DNA of 63,814 nucleotides, the filler included, from Octopus bimaculoides (taxonomy: Eukaryota), in NCBI RefSeq assembly GCF_001194135.2. It is 5 parts of 5 records of this genome, joined end to end, with 100 filler letters (N's around TTAATTAATTAA, not from the genome) between each part and the next. Parts side by side here need not be neighbours in the genome. Positions count along the whole stretch, not along the records: positions 46,621 to 61,754 come from NC_068981.1; 4 more parts are not named here. One strand, written 5' to 3'. Positions within the stretch are counted from its first letter, which is position 1; the number at the start of each line of letters is the position of its first letter. The notes beneath the pieces are model-generated. The model was given only the letters and a program-made list of their open reading frames with translations. It had not been told where the DNA came from and did no database searches. Shown piece after piece: positions 47,208-58,331 of this stretch. The position numbers and the translations under genes are program-made.

Positions 47208-47356
47208 GACCTGGAAGACGAAACGGATATAAATATTTTATTGGTTCCAGCCATTTCACTGTGGCCGTAATGGGACAACGCCAGCGAAAACCAAACATTA
47301 ACACGGCACACGTGATTTTGCTGGAACTTTTCAATCTGATGCCAAATGCTCGACCA
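47208..47356 (+). CDS. Candidate internal exon (149 bp, phase 1 to phase 0), product not recognised
   Basis: Acceptor TTTTTTCCCGATCTCAG|, donor CCA|GTGAGT; only one frame open across it: (G)PGRRNGYKYFIGSSHFTVAVMGQRQRKPNINTAHVILLELFNLMPNARP. Confidence 0.45.
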
Positions 47357-47539
47357 GTGAGTCATATCCTCAATATCGTTGTTGTTGTTGCTATTGTTAT
47401 TCTTGTCGTTGTTGTTTGGCCACAGATCAACCCTGATCAAGAAGACCATATATTCCAACCGTGACCTTCCATTCGAGTTACGAAATATCTACGACTACGT
47501 TATGCAGAAACATTCTTCTGTGTTCCTAATGGTTTACTT

Positions 47540-47747
47540 TCTGCTTTCTTTCAGTCATTGGATGGCAGCCAAAGCTCGGACAATGCCCTAAAGGGATTCA
47601 GTCGATAGAATCGACCCCAGGACGTGTGTATTTTGTTGTTGATTAAAAAAAAAATCTCTATCGGTTTCTTTTGCCGAACAGCTATGTTAGGGGGACGCAA
47701 ACACATCAGTACCAATCGTCATATGGTGGTGGGCAACAAGCACAAAT

Positions 47748-47779
<32 letters not shown>

Positions 47780-47815
47780 CCATATAAACACATGCATACA
47801 TATACATATACGTGT

Positions 47816-47870
<55 letters not shown>

Positions 47871-48055
47871 CACATATATATATATACATATATACATACA
47901 TATATATATATGTTTCTTTATTGTTTTATTGTTTTACTTGTTTCAGTAATTTGACTGCGGCCATGTTGGAGCACTGCCTTTAATCGAACGAATCGACCCC
48001 AGCATTAGGTATCAAGCGTCGAAGGGGGTATAAACACACACACACACACACAGAC

Positions 48056-48091
<36 letters not shown>

Positions 48092-48300
48092 ACACACACA
48101 CACAAACATATACTCATATGTATATACGACGGGCTTTTTTCAGTTTCCGTCTGCCAAATCCACTCACAAGGTTTTTGTCGGTTCGAGGGTATAGTAGAAG
48201 ACACTTGCCCAAGGTGCCATGCAGTGGGATTGAACCTGGAATCATATATATCCGGAGCCAAACACCTAGGATGCAGACTTTTTTTTACCACACAGCCACA
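47540..48300 (-). mobile_element. Two SINE family B copies (47540-47745 partial; 47905-48300)
   Basis: Family B motifs with CpGs retained. Confidence 0.85.
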
Positions 48301-49355
48301 TTATGATTTGAGATATATTTAGCTGCTGTTTTTTATCAAATCGACCGACCACCTAGATTTCTTTATAAATAATGTCATAATTTTAGCAGTTTCACGACTA
48401 TGTGACGTAACATACCGTCATCTGGGACATCATCCGGAATTTATCGACAATGACTAATGACCATTAGATTGTTGGTAAAGACCACAAGTACACTAATTAT
48501 AATTCAAAGTGAGGACATAGCACTTCAAATGAAAATGTAATTACGAAAAGATAACGCGGATGTAAAATAGACAAAAATCCGTTCGTTCGTCTGTCTCTCT
48601 GCAAAAAAGGATTAACAAGGAGCGGCTGTGTGATGAGAAGCTTGCGTACTGGGGTCGATTTAATCGACTGCCCCCCCCCCCCTCCCATGAAATTTCGGGC
48701 CTTGTGCCTAGAGTAGAAAAGAATATTTATGAGTAAATATGAAACGTCAACGTTTCAGGTTGCGGTATTTCACAATGCAAATAACAACTTGCAGATATCA
48801 TCACTGATCAGCGAATAGCTTGTCCGCTGAAATTATAAACAAAGTATTCGGCTCTTGTTTAGACTCAAAGTCTGTGACTGATGAGATACAACATGTCGAA
48901 ACACCGCTTTCCTAGAAACCCTTGTACCAATGAGTCACGTGTATTATAAACAAATTGTTGGCGTGAAATGACAAGTCGTTCTATTGTGACATACACAATA
49001 GTGATTAGCATATTTGCGTTCGAATCTGCCTGAACGTACTGGGAATAAGTAGGCAAGTCATTGTTATTCATTTACTATCTTCCCTCAGCGTTGAATCTAT
49101 ATTGGACCAATTAGGGGTGAAGGGAACATCTGACAACATTATAAAAGTGAAAGGTGAAGTCTTCTTTATTCTTCGTTTCTAATATAATGTTGTTCTGTTC
49201 TCTTTTATTTTCTGTTTGTGTTGGTTCTTATATTACAAAGTAATTTATATTCATTTATTTGCTGACGTCACTGGGGTTACTTACGGTTATTTGAGTCGAA
49301 TCGCACCTGTTAGAATTCACCCCTTCAACAACCCTGCCTTTAACTATCACACGTT

Positions 49356-49359
<4 letters not shown>

Positions 49360-49423
<64 letters not shown>

Positions 49424-49765
49424 CACACACACTTTACTTCTCTCTCTCTCTCTCTCTTTCGCTCAGTTTTAATTATCGATCTTGTTCTTTTTGTTTTTTT
49501 CTGGTTTCCCTCTCTCATTCGAACGACAAATGCGCCCTCTCCTCTCATCATCCCTCTTTCGCTCTCTCCCTCCCTCTCTTACTCTCTTTGTCTGTGTCTC
49601 TTTCTTTCACACACCTTCCCTCACTCAATCTTTCTCTCTTTGTCTGTCTGCTTCTCTCTCCCTTGCTGTCTTTCTTTCTCTTCGTCACTCTTTCTTTCTC
49701 CTTTTTCTTTTTGTCTTTCTCTCTTTCACTCCTTATTTCTGGCTTGCTCACTCTTTCTCTCAATT

Positions 49766-49798
<33 letters not shown>

Positions 49799-49807
49799 TT
49801 CTGTCTG

Positions 49808-49851
<44 letters not shown>

Positions 49852-50325
49852 ACTCTCTCTGTTTTTCTCTCTCTCTTTCTCTCTCTCTCTCTTTCCCTCT
49901 CTCTCNNNNNNNNNNNNNNNNNNNNNNNNNNNNNNNNNNNNNNNNNNNNNNNNNNNNNNNNNNNNNNNNNNNNNNNNNNNNNNNNNNNNNNNNNNNNNNN
50001 NNNNNNNNNNNNNNNNNNNNNNNNNNNNNNNNNNNNNNNNNNNNNNNNNNNNNNNNNNNNNNNNNNNNNNNNNNNNNNNNNNNNNNNNNNNNNNNNNNNN
50101 NNNNNNNNNNNNNNNNNNNNNNNNNNNNNNNNNNNNNNNNNNNNNNNNNNNNNNNNNNNNNNNNNNNNNNNNNNNNNNNNNNNNNNNNNNNNNNNNNNNN
50201 NNNNNNNNNNNNNNNNNNNNNNNNNNNNNNNNNNNNNNNNNNNNNNNNNNNNNNNNNNNNNNNNNNNNNNNNNNNNNNNNNNNNNNNNNNNNNNNNNNNN
50301 NNNNNNNNNNNNNNNNNNNNNNNNN

Positions 50326-50393
<68 letters not shown>
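49360..50393. repeat. Long (TC)n-rich tract spanning an N gap
   Basis: Direct reading. Confidence 0.95.
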
Positions 50394-50397
<4 letters not shown>

Positions 50398-50667
50398 ATC
50401 AGCCTTTCAGCCTGATTAGGACGCTACCCTAAGCACGTAATCCATACTACCCCACATTAAATATTACTCTGTAAACCATACCCGCTTCACAGCTGCAAGT
50501 TGGCATCGTTTCGGGTAGATAATGTCCGTGTTTGAGCACCACGTGTGTGTGTGTGTGAGTGTGCGTGCGTGCGCATGTGGGCTTTGCAATGTGCGTATGA
50601 GTCGATTTAATGCGAATCTGGAGGCGTCAGTGTAAACATGACCCTGAGAATGTTTGAATGCGCGCGT

Positions 50668-50701
<34 letters not shown>

Positions 50702-50750
50702 TCACACACATGTATGTATGTACATAAGCCTGTATATGTATATATTTTGC

Positions 50751-50797
<47 letters not shown>

Positions 50798-50959
50798 TAT
50801 TTACATGCGTCTGTGTATATGTGTTTATGTGTGCACGTGTGTGTGAACATGCGTACGTATATATTTTCATACATACGCACATATACATGCTCTCATGATG
50901 ATATGCACATGACATACATGCCGCCATTATTGTGATTTCACTTTATCTATTTCTTTTCT

Positions 50960-51655
50960 GTTTAATTTAACCCAATATTTAGCATGAAGGGGTTTTTCTT
51001 GCTATCGTTTTATCATAATCATTTGCTGTCCCAGCTTTAGTTTGGATTTCAGTTGTTTTACAGCTTTTGTTGTTTCTTCTTCTTCTTCTTCTTCTTCGTA
51101 GTTGTTAGGCACTATGACTTCTCTTTGTATATATCAACTTCCTTAAACACTCAAAACAGCATTTTGTTTTATTCGTGTTTTGTGGCTATTTGTATTAGTT
51201 TTTCTTGCTTCTGAAATATGTATTTCTGTAGTCCTATGGTGGTTATTTTGTAATAGTTTTCTAGGTGCATAAAGCCTCTACCACCGTCGATACGTTGTAT
51301 ATATAGCCTTTCTATGTCAGATTTTGGGTGGTGCATCCTAAATCCTGTCATTATTTTTCCTGTTTTCTTGTCTATTTTGATTAGTTCATTTAGAGCCGAG
51401 TTAAGAATATTGCAGCTGTAACTTATAACAGTGATAGCTAGAGTGTTGTTACCCATTATCTTGTTTTTCGCATTGAACTCTGTTTTCAATATTAATCTGA
51501 CCCGTCTATAGTATTCCTTTTTATCTTCTCTTTCGTTTCTGTATGTCGGATCGTATCTAGTTCATTGATTCCTATGTATTTGCATGTATGGCTTTGGTCT
51601 AGTTCCCTTATTTCATTTGCTTTATCTAGTGTGATGCTGCTACTCGTAACTAGTT
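50960..51655 (-). mobile_element. R4/Dong-like RT thumb fragment
   Basis: CKYIGINE..KEYYRRVRLILKTEFNAKNK..HHPKSDIERLYIQRIDGGRG..LENYYK; 5' end abuts (AAT)n on the element strand. Confidence 0.85.
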
Positions 51656-51656
51656 G

Positions 51657-51677
51657 TAATTATTATTATTAAAATTT

Positions 51678-51728
<51 letters not shown>

Positions 51729-51781
51729 GTTGTTGTTGTTGTTGTTGTTGTTGTTATCATCATCATCATCATCATCATCTC

Positions 51782-51820
<39 letters not shown>

Positions 51821-51830
51821 CGTTATTTTC
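51657..51830. repeat. Compound triplet tract (TAT)n-(TGT)n-(CAT)n-(TAT)n
   Basis: Direct reading. Confidence 0.97.
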
Positions 51831-52032
51831 ATTGGCATCTTTCAATTCTGCTTCAATTTCTTGCCGAGTGTCTTCCTGACACCTAGGGCAGAGTAACGTA
51901 CTGTATACATTTGCAGACCATTAAAACAAGCACACCAGATTGTTCATTTACAAAGTCATGTAATAAAAAAAAATGAGAAAGACAGAGAAAAAGGAAAAAA
52001 TAGGAATAGAAAAGTAAACATATAATGTAGCG

Positions 52033-52323
52033 TGGAGACCGTTAAAATGACCCCGTAACTTAGCGGTTCGGTAATGAAGACCGATAAAATGTCTCCGTAA
52101 CTTAGCAGTTCTGCAATAGAGATCGATAAAATGTCCTCGTAACTTAGCGGTTCGGCAATGGGGATCGATAAAATGTCCCCGTAACCTAGCGGCTCGGCAA
52201 TGGAGATCGATAAAATGTCCCCGTAACTTAGCGGTTCGGCAATGAAGATCGATAAAATGTCCCCATAACTTTGAGGTTCGACAATGGAGCTCGATAAAAT
52301 GTCCCCGTAATTTAGCGGTTTCG
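52033..52323. repeat. 42-bp minisatellite, ~7 units, derived from a SINE family B segment
   Basis: Units start at 52043, 52085, 52127, 52169, 52211, 52253 and 52295; consensus TAAAATGTCCCCGTAACTTAGCGGTTCGGCAATGGAGATCGA. Confidence 0.92.
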
Positions 52324-52344
52324 ACTCTGCTTTTATTGCACTTT

Positions 52345-52905
52345 TGAAGGCGATCCACCATCAGTTATCAATTATTGCCCTTGTCAATGCTCTCTTAAGT
52401 AGCTCTCCCTGTAAGCCTGGCGTGCCGGGAACGACGCATTCAGCTTCCAGTAACAGGGTCCCTGTCTATGTAACCTATGTACGTCGAGCGTACGTACCAC
52501 GAATTTGTGGTCTGTGTAGCCGACTATTTGAAAATGTGGACACCCTATGCTATCCTTATCTCCTACTCTACGGAAAATCCGAAGTCTGATCTGCTGCGGT
52601 TTGACGAGGTCCACATTAGCACATTGGAATGATCCAGTCGGTACCTATCTGTCAGCTAAATGGAAACTACTGAGCAGGCTTGAGAGGCTTTTTCACCCGC
52701 CTTTTCCAGTAACTGTTCTCACATAGTCAATGCGTTCGTCTAAGATACTGTTCCAGTCCCCTACTAGCACTAAGGAGCAGGACGTCTCTAGAAAGGTCTC
52801 TAGACGTCTGAAATTTGAACCCCTCAAGGTACGGCTGGAACAAATGCCTTTAAGCATTCTGTCCTCTACAGTAACAACTCTATCAACTCGCCGCCTTACA
52901 AGTTA
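52345..52905 (-). pseudogene. L1/Tx1-clade ORF2 AP-endonuclease fragment
   Basis: LVLVGDWNSILD; YTDHKFV; GPCYWKLNAS (typical SDH and GPGYWKLN motifs); frameshifted. Confidence 0.85.
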
Positions 52906-53387
52906 ACTCACATTACCATGGCTTTCAACGCACTGCATAAGTATTTTTGTATACTCTTTTACTCCTTTACTTGTTTCAGTCATTTGACTGTGGCCATGTT
53001 GGAGNNNNNNNNNNNNNNNNNNNNNNNNNNNNNNNNNNNNNNNNNNNNNNNNNNNNNNNNNNNNNNNNNNNNNNNNNNNNNNNNNNNNNNNNNNNNNNNN
53101 NNNNTATATGCATACACATACACACACACACATATATATATGCATATACATACACACAAACATACACACACATATATGACATATATGTGTGTGTAAATTT
53201 GTATACATGTCCACATGCGGAGATAGATGTGGATATGTCTGTGTGTATGCATGTGTGTATATTTTTATGTATATGCGGAAGTAATGAATCATACGTGCTT
53301 GTGTGCCCGTCATTTTGTATCAGTTTAAAGTATTGCTGAATCTTATGTTCCTTATAATATGAATGCATTTGTTCGGTATACCAAAAC

Positions 53388-53443
<56 letters not shown>

Positions 53444-53699
53444 CTCTCTCTCTCTCTGTATCACATTCACGAACGCACTCATACGTACAAACACGCACAG
53501 AATACTTACAGAAACACACAGACCTTCTTACACAGCATGTAGGTAAGTGTTTGTATGTTTGTAAGTATGAATGTATTTATTTGTACATATATATTAATGA
53601 ATTTATATGGGACAGAATTAATAATAAAATATAGGTTAGTAATAAATTTTTGTGAAAAGATTAAGGACAGTAGAATATGAGTGCTGTCAATAGATATGA

Positions 53700-54030
53700 T
53701 AATCAATATCTGGGTCCGATTTATATTTATTCTAAATGCTTGTTTGTAATAGATTCTCGTCCCTGCTGTTGCTTTTCAAGTTATGATATATAATTAGGAT
53801 GACAGTTTAGATGGGTGTCTATTGTAGTTGATAGACCCCGAATTTTTTCATGTTTATGCAGGCCTATTGCCACAGGTGTTTTCGTAATCCTCATGTTTTT
53901 CCATCAGACTGCATATTTAATACATTTTGCAACGTATTCAGAATGTAATGAGCGAATTAAAATTGGTGTTGTTGCTATTTCTAGCAGGTTAGCAGCTTTT
54001 GTGTCTGCTATTATTAGAACTTCTGTTAAA
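53700..54030 (-). mobile_element. Possible very decayed Penelope-like endonuclease-region fragment
   Basis: LIIADTKAANLL loosely resembles a PLE linker as I recall it; weak. Confidence 0.25.
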
Positions 54031-54235
54031 GTGGCGAGCGGGCAGAATCGTTAGGCAAACTGCTACTTGGCATTTCATCCGTCTTTACGTTCTCAGTTCA
54101 AATTCCGCTGAGGTCAACTTTGCCTTTCATCTTTTCGAGGTCGATAAATTAAGTACCAGTTAAACACTGGGGGATATGTAATCGACTTGTCCACTCCCAC
54201 AAAATTTCGGGCCTTGTACCTTTACTAGAAAAGAT
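54030..54235 (+). mobile_element. SINE family A copy
   Basis: GGCGAGCGGGCAGAATCGTTAG..GTTCAAATTCCGCTGAGGTCAACTTTGCC..GATAAATTAAGTACCAG. Confidence 0.9.
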
Positions 54236-54413
54236 TATTATAATTCATGATATGTGTGGACTACGAAATATGTTTTTTAAAGGGGGATCAAAAGTTAGGA
54301 TTTACTATTTTTGTTTTTTTTTCTCTTTTTTTTCAAACTATGTTTAGTAGGTGGTGTATAAGTACCTTCAAAGAAAAAATATAAAATGAATAATAATAAT
54401 AATAATAATAATG

Positions 54414-54486
<73 letters not shown>

Positions 54487-54516
54487 TAATAACAATAATA
54501 ATAATAATAATAATAA

Positions 54517-55147
54517 TAAAACTGGTGGGATAAAAACTGGTGGGAACACAAACCACACCCAGTACTTGAAAATGATCACATTNNNNNNNNNNNNNNNNNN
54601 NNNNNNNNNNNNNNNNNNNNNNNNNNNNNNNNNNNNNNNNNNNNNNNNNNNNNNNNNNNNNNNNNNNNNNNNNNNNNNNNNNNNNNNNNNNNNNNNNNNN
54701 NNNNNNNNNNNNNNNNNNTATCTGTCAAGACCTACCAAAAACTGAGCAAATATAAAGATCTTGAAATAGAAATTAGCAAAATGTGGAATCTGAAGACGAA
54801 AACAATACCTATTGTCATAGGTGCCCTGGGAATGACAGCGAAACGGGCTGATTACTACCTAGCTCAGATACCAGGAAACCCCAAAATGGCTGAAGTTCAA
54901 ATGATAGTGCTCATGGGAACTGCCCATATCCTACGTAAAATACTGTCTATGTGATCTCAAATTTTAAAGCAAACACATAATTTTCTTATGGTTTCTTAAA
55001 CATTCACTTGAACAAAACTGTACAAATCCAAATATATGGTACCCTAGGCATAACACCTACATGAACTTCTAACTTGTTGTCTCTTGAGGTCTCTGGGTGA
55101 GACTTGGATCCAACTTGTACAAATACAAAATAAAAGTCAAACATAAA
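54517..55147 (+). mobile_element. 5'-truncated R4/Dong-like copy (REL C-terminus plus 3' UTR) within (TAA)n
   Basis: NWWEHKPHPVLENDH..KLSKYKDLEIEISKMWNLKTKTIPIVIGALG..MGTAHILRKILSM*; (TAA)n at 54389-54518 and 55147-55168. Confidence 0.9.
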
Positions 55148-55224
55148 ATAATAATAATAATAATAATAACATCCTACAAAAATCTGCCAGTTCGCTGACT
55201 TACATCCTACAAAAATCCTTTCTT

Positions 55225-55372
55225 TCTATGTGAAGTACAAGACCTCACATTTTGGGGGAAGCGATTAAGTCGATTACATCGACCCCAGAACGTAACTGGT
55301 ACTAATGTTATCGAGCCCGAAAGGGTGGAAGACAAAGTCGACCTTCGCGGAATTGGAACTTAAAACATAACG
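55225..55372 (-). mobile_element. SINE family A fragment
   Basis: GTCGATTACATCGACCCCAG..AAAGTCGACCTTCGCGGAATTGGAACT. Confidence 0.85.
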
Positions 55373-55383
55373 GCACACACGCA

Positions 55384-55411
55384 CAGGGTTGGACAAAATC
55401 CTGGAAACACC
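55384..55411 (+). mobile_element. Solo Tc1-like terminal inverted repeat
   Basis: CAGGGTTGGACAAAATCCTGGAAACACC resembles Tc1 termini; no partner found in the window. Confidence 0.4.
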
Positions 55412-55600
55412 ATGGATCAGACCTATGATTTCCTTTTTATAAGTCGTTTTGATTTTCCCATCTCATCCACCGGCATGATGATAGGTTTTGAACAGATACG
55501 ACAGTACCGAAAGGCAGACGAAAAACATAATTACTTCAAAGTAATAATATTTACAAAATTGAAGTCTGTAGTCCAATCTAGATGAGACTGAAATCATTAC

Positions 55601-55700
55601 GGGTGCTTCGCTTTCTTGCGGATCATTGTACAAATAATTTCTAACACGAATGTCGTGAAGCATGCTTTCAGATACTTATATCCTTTGAGAATTACAACAC
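55601..55700 (-). CDS. Candidate exon (100 bp), product not recognised
   Basis: Acceptor ATTTCTTGTCTTGTAG|; one open frame (G)VVILKGYKYLKACFTTFVLEIICTMIRKKAKH(P); weak donor CC|GTAATG, or an immediate TAA stop. Confidence 0.3.
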
Positions 55701-56064
55701 CTACAAGACAAGAAATGTATCACTAAACACGATGCATCTCTATTTGACTCTATGAAAATTGTCAATATTTTCACAAGTAGACTGATAACTTATCGACATT
55801 GCCTAAGCTAAATTCTTTCAACTTAAGCTGAACAATTATTCAATTCTAGGCAAGGAAAATATTTTTCTTATATCTGGCATCACACATTTAACTTTGGAAA
55901 CTGATGTTCTACGGGTCATTTTAACACTAACGTCGTGTAGATTAGAAATCAGACACTCGTTTCAATGGGAGACATTTTAAACGGTATACATCACAATCTT
56001 TACACTGTCTACTTGGCTTCTCTTAAGAGATGGAATTTCCCCTCTTGATCTTAGATATAATTAC

Positions 56065-56116
56065 CTATGCACCCACGTAATCCGTCATGAATCGATTCAT
56101 AGTGGTCATTGGTCAG
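56065..56116 (-). CDS. Candidate exon (52 bp), product not recognised
   Basis: Acceptor CACTTTCTAAG|; frame LTNDHYESIHDGLRGCI(G); donor TAG|GTAATT; phase-compatible with 55601-55700. Confidence 0.3.
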
Positions 56117-56838
56117 CTTAGAAAGTGGCAACGACAACTAATCTGGCAATAAAATTGGTGATAAAACGGTGAGATTCTTTGTGAATAAGATAGAGTGTAA
56201 CAACATAAAAAGAAAGATAATAGAATATATATTTATACAGAAATGGATATATCAAAATTACGCGCGCGAGCGCGCACACACACACACACGTGTGTTTGTG
56301 TGTGTGTGTGTGTGTAAGCTAAACTAAAACATCTAAAGAATAATGTCTAGACAAAAAGACAACAAAAAAATAATACATAGACACAAAGACAAAAAAGAAA
56401 CGGAAGAAAATGACAGAGATTGAGGATGAAAGATATCAAACTAAGAAAATGAAAGACAAATAGTAAAGGTAACAAATATCAGTGTCTCTTTTATTTCTGA
56501 GCAGAAATGTTTGGAGTTTCTAGGAGAACAAAAAATACTATGTTGTAGTTTTTTATGAATATCCCCAAATCGTTCAAGGCGTAAGTGAAGTCAAATAAAG
56601 TGGATATCGAAACTGGAATCCCTGCATTGTTTACAGAAATCCCTACTCTCTTCTATGTCAGAATATGTATGTTATGTCTCAAGCTACTGCTATCTAGCAC
56701 TTTCGGATGATCTCTTCAATCGATGTAATCGTCTTAACCCCGCCTCCGATATTGTTGGCCTTATGCCCAAATCTGAAGCCAATTTTTGTAACACTGCATC
56801 GAAGGCAGTGGAAGAGAAAATCAGTTAATTCTTTTAAC

Positions 56839-57042
56839 AATGCCTTACGGTTCTATATTTAAGAGATGGGGAATTATGTACATTATTTACATTATTTACA
56901 TTATTTACATTCGCTGGATATTTGTCCTCATCTTGTTTGTTGGTAACACAACGTTTCAGCTGATATGCCCTCCGCATATGGCGTAGTGGTTAAGAGCGCG
57001 GGCTACTGACCCCAAGATTCCGAGTTCGATTCCAAGCAGTGA

Positions 57043-57131
<89 letters not shown>

Positions 57132-57380
57132 GGATACGCCAATACACACAGATAGAAAAATTAAGGTAAATAGACCAGATATAGTTGTCAAAGCTCATGA
57201 AGAAAAAAAATGCTTTCTAATTGATGTATCAATACCAGCAGATGACAACGTTTCCCTAAAAGAAATAGAAAAACTTTCAAAATACAAAGACCTGGAAATA
57301 GTTTCCCCAAGACACCTGAAGAAGGCTGGAGGAGGACAAATATCCGTCTAATGTAAATAATGTAAATAATGCCTTACGGT
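56839..57380 (+). mobile_element. SINE family F insertion with inverted 5' tail copy, nested R4 fragment and 13-bp TSD
   Basis: TSD AATGCCTTACGGT at 56839-56851 and 57368-57380; inverted tail 56852-56973; head 56974-57047 (A-box TGGCGTAGTGG, B-box GTTCGATTCC); (TAA)n; R4 piece 57130-57301; remainder 57302-57370. Confidence 0.88.
57130..57301 (+). mobile_element. R4/Dong-like REL fragment (same subfamily as 14977-16612)
   Basis: PIHTDRKIKVNRPDIVVKAHEEKKCFLIDVSIPADDNVSLKEIEKLSKYKDLEI. Confidence 0.92.
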
Positions 57381-58331
57381 GTTATGTTGTATCGCTTTAA
57401 GTTATGAATACGAATTATAGAGGTAAAGTATGAGTTTCACCACTAAGTACTATATTTTAAATGCCATTCAGGTACCACCATGTATATACATTCTTCTGTA
57501 GCCCTTTCATGGAATGCGTTAAGTTCAAAGTTAAGAATTTTTTCTAGTACGACGAATTATATGAAGCAATAAGTTTTGTACATTCAATGCATTTCCACCA
57601 TTTATTTATGACCATGTATACATGATACCGGAAGGTGGACAGAATAGATTGGATCAATATGGTGGATAGTATTAAACTGACCAGATGGAAACCTACCCGT
57701 AAATGGAAAGGCGATTTGTCAAGACGATGATATGGTCTGTCAACTGGTCAGGATGAAATTTCCTCAGTCACATGATACCTGCCATTGACATATCACATTT
57801 CCCTCATCCAGAGCAAACAACTAAAAAGAAGAAAAGCAATGATCTCAATTCAAAGCCAGTTGAAGCGTAGAAGGGGCAGCATTTTGACAAATCTTTGAAA
57901 GAAACATGCGCTTTATATTTTGCTTGTCTTCAACACACGTTTCCAGCGAACACAGACACGACACACACACATACACACACAGACAGATACACACGCGCGC
58001 ACGCATGCACACATATACATAATTACACACATACACACACATATATATATATATATATATGTGTATGTATGCATATACAACTGGAGAGGGAGAAAAAGAT
58101 AGATATAAATATATAAATAGATGCATAGGTTACAGAGAGGTGCACAGAAAGATAAGGATATAGCTAGACTAAATGTGCCATCATGTGTGTATAAGAAATT
58201 GGGATGAGAAAATGTTCTCCATGTTTGGAGCTCCGATGAAGCTATGGGGTGGTAATCATGCATTCAATTATGCGTACATTGCATCTTATAGCAAAAACAG
58301 CTGTAAGCTAATTAAGTTCATAACATGATTT

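Noticed and set aside
48865-49071. ITIVYVTIERLV resembling a class A GPCR TM3
   Set aside because: Single short motif with no neighbouring TM segments in frame; likely chance.
50394-50427. 9-bp inverted repeat CCTAATCAG/CTGATTAGG
   Set aside because: Too short to be significant in 64 kb without conservation data.
52033-52323. CRISPR-like reading of the 42-bp array
   Set aside because: Units are contiguous with no unique spacers, there are no cas genes, and the context is eukaryotic.
56974-57047. tRNA-like heads (also 33232, 62281) as real tRNA genes
   Set aside because: A and B boxes are present, but acceptor stems do not pair and each continues into a repeated SINE body.
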